In this document: piece by piece, positions 1 through 13,330 of the stretch | How the letters are laid out: each line of letters starts with the position of its first letter | Position numbering within the stretch: position 1 is the stretch's first letter | NCBI RefSeq assembly: GCF_009914755.1 | Contig: NC_060934.1 | Origin: the human T2T-CHM13v2.0 reference genome, Homo sapiens | Length of the DNA: 64,000 nucleotides | Reading direction: 5' to 3' (one strand) | Program-made: the position numbers and the translations under genes | Notes under the pieces: generated by a model | The model's database searches: none | Seen by the model: only the letters and a program-made list of their open reading frames with translations | Told to the model about the DNA's origin: nothing

Positions 1-596
1 TTGGAGATTTAAATAAAGTGGGCCAGGGGAACAAAGTCAAGTCCATCATGTATTCCCTCCCTTAAGCTTGATCTGAGGGAGACAGAGAGTGGAAGAAGGT
101 GGCATTCATTCATCCCCACTGTGCTCCCCACTAGACCAGTCCGGCTTCTTATTGAATAAGCTTATGAAGCTTCTTGCTGTCATTCTTGGGCAAGATAAGC
201 TCATCTCTTGGCACCTAAATTTATTTGATATCAAATGCATACACTAATACGTATCTCTTAAAAGTTACTGTAAAGATATATATGTTTAAAAAATGGTAAA
301 CACCCAACAAGAATTCTTGCATCATGGGAACTCGACCTAAGTGAGTCCCCGCAATACCCTCTCCTTTCTCTATTTGTCCCAGAATCCAACAGTGCAGCCC
401 CATGCTTCGTGATAGAAAAGTGAGGTATAAATTGACATCTTTGCTTTAAATAAGCTTTACTGGGAACTGAATCCACTGACCTGCTGTCATTGTAAAGGCT
501 GAGTGTGTTCAATAAATTGTTTTAAAAGAAAATCCATCAATCGATGGCTATCTGCTATTCAATTATCTGCCAGTTCTATTTTCCTCAGCTACTTTA

Positions 597-731
597 TTTT
601 TTTTTTTTTTAATAGAGATGAGGCCTTGCTATGTTGCCTAGGCTGGTCTCTAACTCCTGGACTCAAGCATTCCTCCCACCTCAACCTCCCAAAGTGCTGG
701 GATTACAGATGTGAGCCACTGCACCCGGCCC
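597..731 (-). mobile_element. Alu monomer (FLAM/AluJ left arm)
   Basis: Poly-T followed by the reverse-complement Alu left arm (…cccaaagtgctgggattacagatgtgagccactgcacccggcc); flanked by cagctacttt(t)att target-site duplication (TSD). Confidence 0.85.
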
Positions 732-2235
732 AGCTACTTTATTCTTAACAGTGTCTGAAATAAGCCTGATCATGCATAAACTCACAGTGATATTCTTGCA
801 GAGCTTAACAAACGACTTGCATTTTTCCATGTCTTCCTTATATTTTTATATATTGTTTAGTTTAAAAATAAGATGAATGATTTATAAAGTCAGAAAAATA
901 ATGATACTAAGAATTGAAACAAAATCACTGATGTATGCTCCTGCTGTGTCACTAACGCAGGCTGTGCACCCTGGGATAAGCCCCATACCCTCTCTGGGCC
1001 TCAGTCATCTCATCTATTGAATGAGGGGATTGAACCAGATGTTCCCTCATGGTCCTTCTGAGGACCTTGGCCTCTACATGTATGTCAGAGTCTCTCCCCG
1101 CCCAGAATAGGATATTTTACAGCACGACTAGCCAGCAGGAAACTCTCAATCTTCTCCAAGTCCCAGCAGGCACAGCAGCAAGCAGAATTCTGTAAAGTGG
1201 GCAGTGCCTGGCGTGTCCCAGAATAACAGTCAACAATCAAATGCAGAAATCAGCCTTATTGCTGTGAAGTACAAGGCTGTGTCTGCTCCTCTTGGGTTCT
1301 GTTCCATCAGCTACGAGCATCCAGGAGTTAGCCTGTTCACCGTGAGTCAGGTTTGCAGTCAAAAAACAACACAATGAACTATGCTCTCTGAGCAGGTGCG
1401 CTGACCACAGGGAAGGGATGCTGAGAGTTAAATAAACCCAAAACCAAATCACCCCTAATGAACAGATTCATTAAGACACACATCCTAACTACCTTGACAA
1501 TAAGCATGAGAAATTGGTGCATAAATACAGTCTTACCGTGATTTTTCTTTTCTTAGTCCAGGCAGGCTGATTTCTATTCAGGCTGTAGCTGCAGCCCCTG
1601 AGTATTATTACCTGCTGATTATCATAATAGGCACCTGAGCAAGAATGGCTTGATAAATTGCTCATGCACTGGTGTATTTAGCAGGGCATTCATTCAAGCA
1701 GCCAGAGCATTCTTCATCCTTCCATTGGAGTGGAAAATAACCAGTAGCAAAGGCAGAAGAAAGACATGGGTAATAAATTTTAGGAGGGAGGGAGGGTAAG
1801 GAGAGAAGGGAGGGAAAGGAGGAGAGGAAAGGAGGCGAGGGACGTCCATCTAATGATAGAATATCAGACCTCACTTGGTCAGCATCCACAGAGGGCATGG
1901 GTTGGCTTGGGAGACCCACTGTGGGCTTAGCTTTGTGTCAAGGCCAGCCTTTGCACAACATGTGCCAGGAGACCAGCTGTCTGGACGTCAAAGGATACTG
2001 GCAAACACAAAGCAATGGGGACAGAGAGAGAGAGCGCAGTTCAGGAAAACCCAACACACGTGAGGAAACAGTACGCTTCTCGGGAGGCAGCACGGGGTAG
2101 TGGGGAAGGAATCTGGGCTTTGGAGAAGCCTTCCTGAGCTTGATTCCCAACTTTGCTGCTGACTTACAAGCTGTATGGTCTTGGCCAAGCTACTCAATCT
2201 CTCTGTTACATAGTTTCCTGACCTACAGTATACGT

Positions 2236-3260
2236 AGATTGGCAATGGCCACAAATATCTTGTAGCTCTTTTCTTTGAGAGGTGGAGCCTATTTCCCCAA
2301 CCCTTGAATCTGGACTGCCTTGTGGCTGATTTTGCCCAATAGAATAAAGCAGGGGTATTGTATGAGTCCCAAGTCTAGGCTCTGATAAATTTAGAAGCTT
2401 CCACTCCTTCTGTTGGAATTCTGCCACCATGTGAACAGCCCAGGCTGGCCTACAAGGATGAGAGGCTATGCGAGGAAGGGATGAGTGGTTCCAGCTGAGG
2501 GTCCCTAATACAGTAGCCTGCCAACCACTAGACTTGTGAAGGCACTGTAGGTTGACTTGTGAGGTCAACCAGTCCCCAACAACTCACCAGGAGACGGAAA
2601 GCCAGAGGATCAGAAGGACTGCCCAGCTGACCTACAGAACTGTGAGTAATAACTTTTTTAATTGATTTAAGCTGAACAGTAAACACACCTGATAGCAGTA
2701 GTGTAAGCATGCCCTTAGAATGACCCTATGGCAGATGCACCTGAGTGTGTGTTTTGAGTTAGGGAGTCCAGGCATGCCCAACCCAGAGATTCATTCCTTA
2801 TCTATGAGAAGCATCTGAGACCCCGGTCAGTCCCGTTAAATACAGGCTCTACAGAGGATTTGAGGCCCTGAGTTTTGGGTTAAACGAAGATTACCAGGTG
2901 GAGGTTGTTAAAGGGAGGCTGTTAAGTCAAAATGCTAGAGAAACTGCAGGCTGTTAGCAAGTGGTGGTGGTTATCTTGCCCAGCCCACTACCACAGGGCT
3001 CTGCAGTTATGTTGTCCAGCCCGCCACCACTAGGCCGTTTCTGTATGTAAGGCAGTTATCCTGCCCAGCCCACCACCACTGGACTCTCTCCCCTGTATGT
3101 AAGCCCCTAATAAAACCCCATGTCTCATTTGCTGGCTCTGGGTCTCTTCTTCAGTCTCTTGAACCTGGTGCCTTCCTTATTGAAGTGGGTAGGGGTTTGA
3201 CACAACGTGAGCCACTATGTTTTGGGGTGGTTTGTTACGCAGCCAAAGCTAACAGATACG
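2236..3260 (+). mobile_element. MLT1-type MaLR LTR, interrupted by a younger LTR at 2673-3207
   Basis: MLT1-like body (ccttgaatctgg…tgccaccatgtgaacagccc) and MLT1 3' end (ccactatgttttggggtggtttgttacgcagc…aacagatac) rejoin across the nested LTR. Confidence 0.7.
2673..3207 (+). mobile_element. Solo ERV LTR (probably ERVL class; subfamily not determined)
   Basis: TG…CG(CA) termini, 5-bp TSD TAAGC/TGAGC, AATAAA at 3109, three internal gcccagcccaccaccac-like repeats. Confidence 0.75.
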
Positions 3261-3340
3261 TGAGATATCCATAATTCCAACCTCATAGAGTTTCTATCTA
3301 TAAAATACTTCACTGCATAGTATGCAGTAAATTTTCAATC

Positions 3341-3497
3341 AGATGTCTGATCAGGGGCTCAGATGCCCCTAGTAGCTAAGGAATGAATCTCCGGGTTGGC
3401 CACACCCGGGCTCCCTAACTCAGAACACACATTCAGGTGCGTCTGCCATGTGGTCATTCTAAGGGTGTGCTTAAGCTACTGCTATCAGGTGTGTTTC
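3341..3497 (-). mobile_element. Inverted partial copy of the 5' end of the 2673-3207 LTR
   Basis: Reverse complement aligns to ~2681-2835 (aaacacacctgatagcagtag…cccttagaatgacc…gattcattcctta…gcatctgag). Confidence 0.85.
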
Positions 3498-4011
3498 AAT
3501 AGTTATTATTACTATTATTGTTTGTCATTATTATTAATATGTCCATTGTGTGAGGTAGGACAATGTAACAGAAAGGGGTTTAGGGACCAGACAGGTCTGG
3601 ATTCGAATCTCAGTGCCACTGCACTGTAGATAAATGACTTCTCTGAGTTTCAGTCTGTTTATCTGTAAAACTGGGATACCAGTATCAATTCCGCAGGGCT
3701 GTTGTTGGTGTTGAAGATGTGTGAGCATGGCTTGGAGTAGGAATCTCAGAAAGAAACATGGGCCCACCGCTTGTGCTACCTTTGCATAGCAAGGACAGCA
3801 GGACCCTGAGCACCCACTGTGTGCATCATCCTGAGCCCACCAGGCTGCCCCCAGTTTCTGGAGAGAGCATAGAGCCCTGAGGCACCTACAGGGCTCACTT
3901 CACCCTCAGAGAGTTCTCATCTCTTGCTTGAAGTTGGACAAGAAAATGCTCCAAAGAAGATTGCACCTTACACATTTGAGGCACCTGAGAAACACCCGCC
4001 CCATGACCTAG

Positions 4012-4462
<451 letters not shown>

Positions 4463-6109
4463 TGATTACCAAACATGACATTTTGAAAATATACAGTTTC
4501 ACATCAAGAGTTTCTTATCTAGTAGGTCTCGGGTAGGTACTAGGAACCTGTGTTTTTGAAAAGCTCTGCAAATGATTCCAATGCACAGCCAGGTTTGGGA
4601 ACCTTTCAATTTATTAAAATCAGATAATGGTACCTGCATTCTGAAGCAAGTCATTTAACTCATTTGTTTTTGCTATGTGAAGTTTCATAATCTCAGACCT
4701 CATAGTTGTGTGATTAAGGGAGCCTCTAAATGAGAAAAACAAGAAGGGAAATCTAGTACATTCCTGAACAAGTCATTCCTTTATGGGTACTTTCAAAGAC
4801 AATACTGGGAACGTAATAGAAATTCCCCTGGCAAAAGCCTATGCCCAGTCCATGGATGGAGGCACTAACCTTGCAGTCATAGCCCTCTTGGGTGCAGCCT
4901 GGCTCACTGCAGGGAAGTGCGCTGGACCCTGGGGATACATGGGTGAAGAAAGCAGATATGGCCTGTACCCACACGAAGCTCACATCTCATAGAGGACAGA
5001 CCAATGTGTCATGACGAATCATGATGAGCGTCATGAAGAGAAAAAGCAAGGAGATAAAGTTAAGAATAAGAGGCCAGAGCACTTTAAATGAGGCAGTCAG
5101 AGAGGGCATCTCTGAGGAGGTGACATTTAAGCTGAGACCTGAAGGGAAAGATCTCTTCCTCCAGGAGGAGAGCAAGGTAGAAGGCGCTGCAGTAGGAAAT
5201 GGGGTGTTATTCTAAACAGCATTCCAGAAGCATCAGGCCAACTTTAGGACTGATTGAGCTACCCACAGTTCCTAAAAGAGGAGGCCATGTGTCACCTCAG
5301 GGTTATCTCTTAGGGAACAGCCATGCCCTCCTATGGTCTTCTTCTGTGGGGGACTTTGCCACAGAATCCTGGGCCTAGTGAGATTCAATGTGACTATGCC
5401 TCAGAACAATGGAGGTTGACTTTGGCAACTTCTCAGAAAACTCGAGGTTGTGAACTCTGAGCTACAAAGAGTATACAGCAGGCACACACTAGCCCCTGGC
5501 CCTCAGGGAAGGTTGACCAAAGGTGCTGTAACAAATGCCAACATCTGTGCAGGGACCCACGTGTTGAGCAGAGCAGGAAACCCACACTTCAAAATTGCCT
5601 TAAAATGACCAGGGTTCTGCGTTTGGGAGTTTGGCAACAGAGCAGGTAGCCAACCCTCCCTCTTATCACAATCTGGAAGCATAAAAGCAGGAATAGCATC
5701 ATAACATAAAAAAGGGGAAAAAAACTCAGCAGTGAGCACAGTTATGCTTTAGCATCAAGCATCTTTATGTTATTTTTCATCCATTTTCATCACCGTTGAG
5801 TCTCCATGGTTTATGATTACCTTACGACATTTTTAAAAAGAAATTAACTTCAACTTTCTAGCAGCTATCTGCTAAGATACAGCTGATGACTCATAAAATG
5901 TGAATCACAACACTGGCAGGCCTGGCTGGAAGCCATTAGTGTGCAGTGGTTACTCAGGCCCATATTCCCCGAGTTACAATTTGCCACTTTTCAGAACCCA
6001 ACACATGTTTGTTCCCTCTCATTTGGGAAGAATATGGAACAAGGGCTCTTGAATATGGAACAAGGCCTGAAGAAGATGCTGCCCTGGACTTGTGGTAGTC
6101 CTGTGGGCC

Positions 6110-6570
6110 AGATAACCCAATGGCCAGTATGAACCTCCCATTTTAGAGGCGTAAAAGGGTTTCTTTCCCTCCCTTTCAGTTAGGAGTATGTCACCCAGTT
6201 CTGGCAAGTGATACATAACGAGAGCAACTGAGAAGGCCTCTGCCTTCCTGCACTGAAGGAGAGTTGCTGGTGTTTCCCTTTCCCCTTCCTTCTTGCCTCG
6301 GATGTGGATGAGTATCCGGAGTTTTAGCAGCCATTTTGAAGACCTGAGGTAACAGCATCAGGATAAAGGTGAAGCAGTTAACGATGAATGGAGGCAAAAG
6401 ACAGAAAAAGATTTTAAGTCTTCAATGACACCATTGAGCTACTGGGCCGACCTGACACCCACCCACCTCCAGACTTCTTTGTAAATCAGATGATAAAGAA
6501 CCTTAGGACTTCTGCCTTGTGGTTAGTTTGGTATTCTGTTACTTCCTACAGAAAGCATTCCTGATTGACG
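6110..6570 (+). mobile_element. Old MLT1-type MaLR LTR fragment
   Basis: gcagccattttgaagacctgagg…cacctccagacttctt…ggtattctgttact…agcattcctgattgac, typical of an MLT1 3' half. Confidence 0.5.
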
Positions 6571-7269
6571 TGGGAATTGAGCATCTGTGGCCTAGATCCC
6601 ATATGCTACCTTTTCTTCCTGGGGCAAACGTGAAATGTTGAACGAGGTAAGACATTCAGATATGATGCTAATTACTCTCTAAGGCCCTTTTCCACCTATC
6701 TCTTCTTCATCCTCACTTAAACTGGCCCACTTCCAGTCCTGATTCTCTCTCTCCTGGACCATGCAATAATTCCTTAATGTATTTCCCCACTTCCTGCCTT
6801 CCCATTCCACACTTTCCCTTTTGCCAGCATTAGGTCCCAGAGTACCTTCCTAAACAAGTCATTCTTTTATCTCCCACTCACCCTAAACCTTCACTGGCTC
6901 CCCACTGCCTCCCAAGAAGAGCTAGACTCCTTAGGTTGAAACTCAGGGTAGGACTTTATAGTGGTTAGGAAGGCAGACTTTGGACCAAATCCCAGCTCCA
7001 CCACCTCCCATACATCATTCCTTGGCAAATTGCTTGACTTTTCTAAATATCTGTTTTCCTATCTGTAAAATAAAAATAACAATGAGAATGTCTACTTCCT
7101 AATGTGCTGAGAAATAAGTGATGCAATGTAAGGTACAGCACTGTGCCTTACACACAGTAAGAATTCAGCCAACCTAACTGGTATTACTAATCTTCCTGAA
7201 TCTAGTTTCAGCCAGCTTTTCACCACTCTGTCTCGTAAGCACAGCCTGCACTCTTTCAAATAGGCATCA

Positions 7270-7674
<405 letters not shown>

Positions 7675-7814
7675 TCAAAGTCTAGCTCAAATATCACCTC
7701 CTGCATGAAGGCTTTTCTGACTTCCAGGGTCATACATGAACAGCCCCACCATTGAATTCACATGGCATTTGTTTATGGTTTATGTATCACTTTTCTGACA
7801 CTTAGTACAGAAGT

Positions 7815-8223
7815 CAACTGGCCACATTTCTCCACCCCAGGCTGACCTCATCCTTCCATCCTAGGCTGTCCCAATCTCTCCACCCCAGACTGGCCCCATC
7901 CCTCCACCACAGGCTGGCCTCATCCCTCCACCCCAGGTTGGCCCCATACCTCCATCCTATTCTGGCCCATCCCTTCACCCCAGGCTGGCCCCATCCCTCC
8001 ACTCCAGGCTGGCTCCATCCCTCCATCCTAGCCTGGCTCCATCCTTCCACCCCAGGCTGACCCCTTCCCTCCACCCCAGGCTGGCCCCATCCCTCCACCC
8101 CAGGCTGGCCCCATCCCTCCACCCCAGGCTGGCCCCATCCCTCCACCCCAGGCTGGCCCATCCTTCCACTCCAGGCTGGCTCAACCCTCTATCCTAGGCT
8201 GGCCCCATCCCTCTATCTAAGGC
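7815..8223. repeat. 24-bp minisatellite (VNTR), ~17 copies of CAGGCTGGCCCCATCCCTCCACCC
   Basis: Directly visible periodicity; near-perfect copies at ~8080-8160, degenerate toward the ends; translates as (GQPGVEGW)n on the minus strand. Confidence 0.95.
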
Positions 8224-11148
8224 TACTGCTCCTCTGGAGAAAGTCTCCTTTAAATGACTCCACCCTTGGGAGTTTCAGCAACTCCTCCCTGCCCTCTGGT
8301 CTCTGGATTGAGAGATGACAGCTCCTCTGCTTGTAGTAGCTACTGGTTCCTGCACCATACTTCATATTTCCCTACCCTTCACCTTCACCTTTGTTGACAA
8401 AACCTCAACAGTATTAAGGGCCCTGCTGAAATGCTTGCCTGTGGGCAAATAAGGTGAAGGATTTGACTCTTCATGGACCTGTGCCCATGTGGATTCATGG
8501 CTAGAAGAGGGACCCTACCATGCTCCTGACTCCTGGGAAAATCCTACCCTGGGTTGGCAGAGTCTCATAGACACCAGTTGCTGTCTGCCAGAGAACAGCT
8601 GGTGGGCCTGCCCCAGCCCTGGTGGGGTGCTGTGCAGGATCTGGAAGCAGCTAAGGGGAAGGAGTCCCACCCTCTCACCCAGATGGTTTTGGTCTCTGGG
8701 AGGGCTTCAAGGAGGACCTCGCCCTCCAGGGACAGAGGGACAGCTTTTCAGTGGCTGTGATTAGACTTCGACTCCTCTGCATTTCCTGCAGGGCTTAGGG
8801 CACCTTCTAAGTTCAGATTTATCTCTTCTAACCCACACCACTCACTGGCTGAAAAATGATTCAACAGTGGTCCACCCAGGCATGGATTCCTCTTCAGCCA
8901 GAATGAGTATGACCCAACATAGAAGTCTTCTTTGATATAATTTTAAGAGGAGGGATGTGGAAGTCAGTTACACAACAATGATGTAGTTTAATCGCATTTT
9001 GGTAAAATACAAACTGTGAATATGTTTGTGAATGCTCCTGGAAGGGCCTAGGAAGGAAAAGCACAAACTGTTAACTCGCCCAGGGAAGACAGGTGGGAAA
9101 TATTCACTTACTACTTAAAGAAAAAATATGTTGATTTTGTAATTAAAAAAAAAATCTACAGCTGTCTTTGCTATTCAGCAGGCCTAGCTTTAGATCAACG
9201 AATTGCCTGGGGCAATGGACCAACAGGTGGGTTTGGCTTTTCTTCTGGGCTGCTGTGGTTTCACCAGCTGACCCCTCCTCTTCCAAAAACGTAAAGTGTG
9301 AATTCACCACGTTGCAGGAACCTCGGCTTTCAGTGCGTGTGGACTTAGCTGGGGGCTGAGGGGCTGCACACCCTGGAAAAACAAAGGCAACTGCTGCTCC
9401 AGAAGCCCCACTGGGAGAGCCCTGTGGGGCGACTACATCTTGACCTGCAAATTTCCTTCCCTCTTTGCCCCTAGTCCCGACCATTTCCACTAGCAAGGAG
9501 TTTGAAGGATGTAGACTCCTTGAGTCCCCATCACGCGAAATAGGTGGTTTGTACTACTTCGAACTTGGAGGTGATGCGCAAAAAACAATGACCGAGGTGA
9601 CGCAATAATGCCAGAGCTGGATGGGGAGCCCAGCACCTGCCAAGCAGCCCCGTGCCCAGCCACCAACCAGGGTGATTGTGGTCTAGGCTAGGGAGGAAAG
9701 CCCAGTGCCTGACTGCTAACCGAGAGCTCAAACCTGGAGTCTTAATTTTTTCCAGGTCAAAAGGGTGTTTTCATTGCTTGGCAATAACTGTGGGGGCAAG
9801 GAGGGGTTTCACAGTATAGCTTTCCATTTTTCATTGGATGTCATTTCAGAAGAAGGAGATGGGTCCTGAGACCAGGGGATTTAGTCATCAGCAAGTTAAG
9901 GAGAGGATATTGTGAGAGCTGAGGGAGGGAGAGAGGCAGAGAATGCTTAAAAGCAGACTGTTTCTCCTTTGCTTTTTTTGACTCCAGTTTCTTTACTCCA
10001 GAACCAAACATAAAAATGAAACACATTTGACCTTTCATTGTTAGGCTCCTCTGGAGAGCTCGCTGTGAGACTTACCAGGTTGAGAGCCCTGTGGAGAGTC
10101 TATGCAAACTCCTGTTATCCACCTGAGCCTGCAGTTTGACCGCAAAATGACCAATTGTGTGAACTCCAAGACCCCACAGTGTGTGGGAAATACAACAAAC
10201 TGCAGCCTTCTAGGAGCTTAGTGCAGACTGCCTTCTGCAGTGGAATTAGCCAGGGGTTCTCGCCATCATCTTTCACTTTGTAGCGATTGACCAGGAGATG
10301 GATGCTTGAATCCCACCAGTTCCCCTTCACTGAGGCAGAAGGGGCTTAGAGAGGAGATACAGATAATATGAAAAAGTAGCAGAAAAAGGCATGAGAAATA
10401 AAGAGTGGAAAAGGAGAGGAATTGTGTTAAAAGCAAAGAAAAACAATTCAAAAACCTGTGAGAAGTGTACATGCCCAGTTTTCAAAATAAGGCTGTTTCC
10501 AAAGACTGGAAAATGTACAGTCTTAACAATCAAGATTGCAACTCTCATCCATCCAAATATTTTACATTTCCCACATCTGTATACTATTTTACTTTGTAGG
10601 ATAAATGGGTCGCTGAAAAGGTATACATATGTCCATTTTTGAGTGGTATTTTAGGTGTACTGAAAAATCTTTTTTATGACTCCATCATGAACATTTTAGA
10701 AACCTCGTGATTTTGCTTATAGACCCATATGTGGGATGTTGTTAGACCTTCCCAAATTATGTGTGAGAAATGGGTGATAAAATGCTAACATTTAAATAAC
10801 TCTCCAATATATGATGGTATAGAAATTAGGCATGAAGTTCTCTACTCTCATTTTGATGGACCCGTGGATTTAGGCATATGCAGTCTTGGGGAGTAGAGAG
10901 CTTGGTGCCATATATTTAAATGCTGGCATTACTGAGGTTGGGGGCAGGGGGTCACAGAAGACCCAAAATGAACAGTTCATCTCTGGAATAAGGTGGAGTT
11001 GACAAATCTAGGTTGAATAGCATGTTTTCCTTGACATGATTTATCCTTGCTTTGACTCTGGCTATCCTGAGGTTGTGTAGTTACCCCATATGTATAACTG
11101 GCTTGGTTTATTAATCCTGTGGCTGAAGACTGTGCAACTGATTTAGTA

Positions 11149-11154
11149 TTTATT
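11149..11154 (-). terminator. PRLHR: Candidate distal poly(A) signal AATAAA of PRLHR
   Basis: tttatt on the plus strand at 11149-11154 (another at 11107-11112); consistent with a ~4-kb 3' UTR. Confidence 0.55.
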
Positions 11155-12214
11155 GAGCTCCCACAACATGCCAAACACAGTATAAACCCCAGCATGTAGA
11201 GCTTCACATGTGATTCAGCAACACATGCATTTTACACACATAGCAAAGACATCAACGCATGAAGGTAAATCAATCAAGAACCTGCCTTGGGAAACAAAGG
11301 TGCTCCTGACCTCTCGTCTGTGAGGGACAGGCCCTGTGTTCACTCCCAGATCTAGCCACACTCTTGAGGTTAGTTTTGTGCCTTGCATTTGAAAGACTAA
11401 CAGATGTTCAGGAATGCAAACCACAGGACAGAGGTCGTGGGTGAGCCTACCTGAGAAAATAAACCTGGAACTTAGCTATCCCAGTAAAACAGCAGATTGA
11501 AAATTCACAAGGACAAAAAATCAGACGGTTATAGGAACTGGAATATCCTTACCTTAGCATCTCTCACAATTGCTATTTCCAGGTAGCTGTTGGAGCATGC
11601 ATTGAAACACTCTTCTGCCAGTTTAATGAGATAAATCTATTGATTGGCTGCCAAAAGTGTGACCTGGTGACAAAGCTTGCAAAGAGGATTACAGAACCTC
11701 CCATCAGCCTTGAGAAGGGCTGCTGCCAAGCACCAAGTTGGCTCAGTTCCCAGCCTGACTGCCTGTATTACTCCTTGCAGCAAGAGGACTGTGTATACAT
11801 CTTAGATGCTTGATATTAACCAAAATGAATTATTAAATAAAATTTTCTACCTACAGTCCTACGCAGTTCTCTCTGGGACTCACCTCTGATTTTTTTGAAA
11901 TTCGGTTTGATTTATAAACTAGTCCACAACACATTTCAGATGTTGTAAGAATTAATTGCTGTTCCGTTGCTGATTTTCATAATATGTAAAGATGTTTATA
12001 AGCACAATCTAATTCTCCAACCTCTTTAAGCTCTTTATAAAGTCCATGTAAGTGTTTCAAACTTAAGTTGTAGGCATGACAGAAACCAGTGGCAGCTTTT
12101 CTAGTAATTAATGGAGATGCTTGTTTTTCATAGTTGATATAAACTTAAGCTAATCAAGGAGCACTTTTTCTAACACCCTGACAACCAGGATTTAAAATAA
12201 TTCATGGTATGTAA

Positions 12215-12553
<339 letters not shown>

Positions 12554-12852
12554 TAATACAATTGACCTAAGGTTGAATGATGATATTCCTTCTGAATTGA
12601 TTGGACTGATACATAAGAAATATGTAAGTAAACTGTTGAACGAATCCCTATATATTCTGATTTCAATAATTTGCCTCTTTGTGATTGAGCTGGTATTGCC
12701 TGAAGACTAAAAGAGTATTCTCTAAGTATGGCATGTAACACCGTCAAATTCAGCTCCAAATTATTAACACCTTTGGCAGGTACAACTAAAGCTTCATTCG
12801 GATGTTTCTGAGATTCATTAGAAAGAGGATTCCCGCCCCCACCCCCCACCCC

Positions 12853-13133
12853 GAGATGGAGTCTTGTTCTGTCACCCAGGTTGGAGTACACTGGCACAAT
12901 CTCAGCTCACTGCAACCTCTGCCTCCCTGGGTTCAAGCAATTCTCCTGCCTCAGCCTCCCGAGTAGCTGGGATTACAGGCGTGCGCCACCACGCCTGGCT
13001 AATTTTTGTATTTTAAGTAGAGACAGGGTTTCAACACGTTGGCCAGGCTGGTCTCAAACTCCTGACCTTGTGATCTGCCTGCCTCGGTCCCCCAAAATGC
13101 TGGGATTACAGGTGTAAGCCACCATGCCCAGCC
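12853..13133 (-). mobile_element. Alu (AluS-like); tail position occupied by a C-rich run
   Basis: Dimeric Alu; flanks tagaaagaggat/tagaaaggat resemble a TSD. Confidence 0.9.
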
Positions 13134-13144
13134 CTAGAAAGGAT

Positions 13145-13330
13145 AATTCTTAAGGTGCTTAATCTTGGTTGCACATTAAAATCCCCTGAAGTGCTTTGGA
13201 AAATGCTAGTGTCCAGGCACCATCTCAAATCAACTAGACTCTTGGGAGGAGAGCCCAGACATCAATTACAAAAAAAAAAAAAAGTTCCCCAGGTGATTCT
13301 AGGAGCAGCCAGGGTTGAGAACCAGTGATT
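13145..13330. mobile_element. MER5-type hAT-Charlie DNA transposon fragment
   Basis: cttaatcttggttgcacattaaaatcccctg…ccccaggtgattct…cagccagggttgagaaccagtg. Confidence 0.6.

Noticed and set aside
7814-8184. Repetitive GQPGVEGW / GWRDGASL peptides resembling collagen or prion repeats
   Set aside because: Translations of a 24-bp minisatellite; no supporting gene structure
7815-8223. CRISPR-like periodicity
   Set aside because: Tandem units without unique spacers, eukaryotic context, no cas genes
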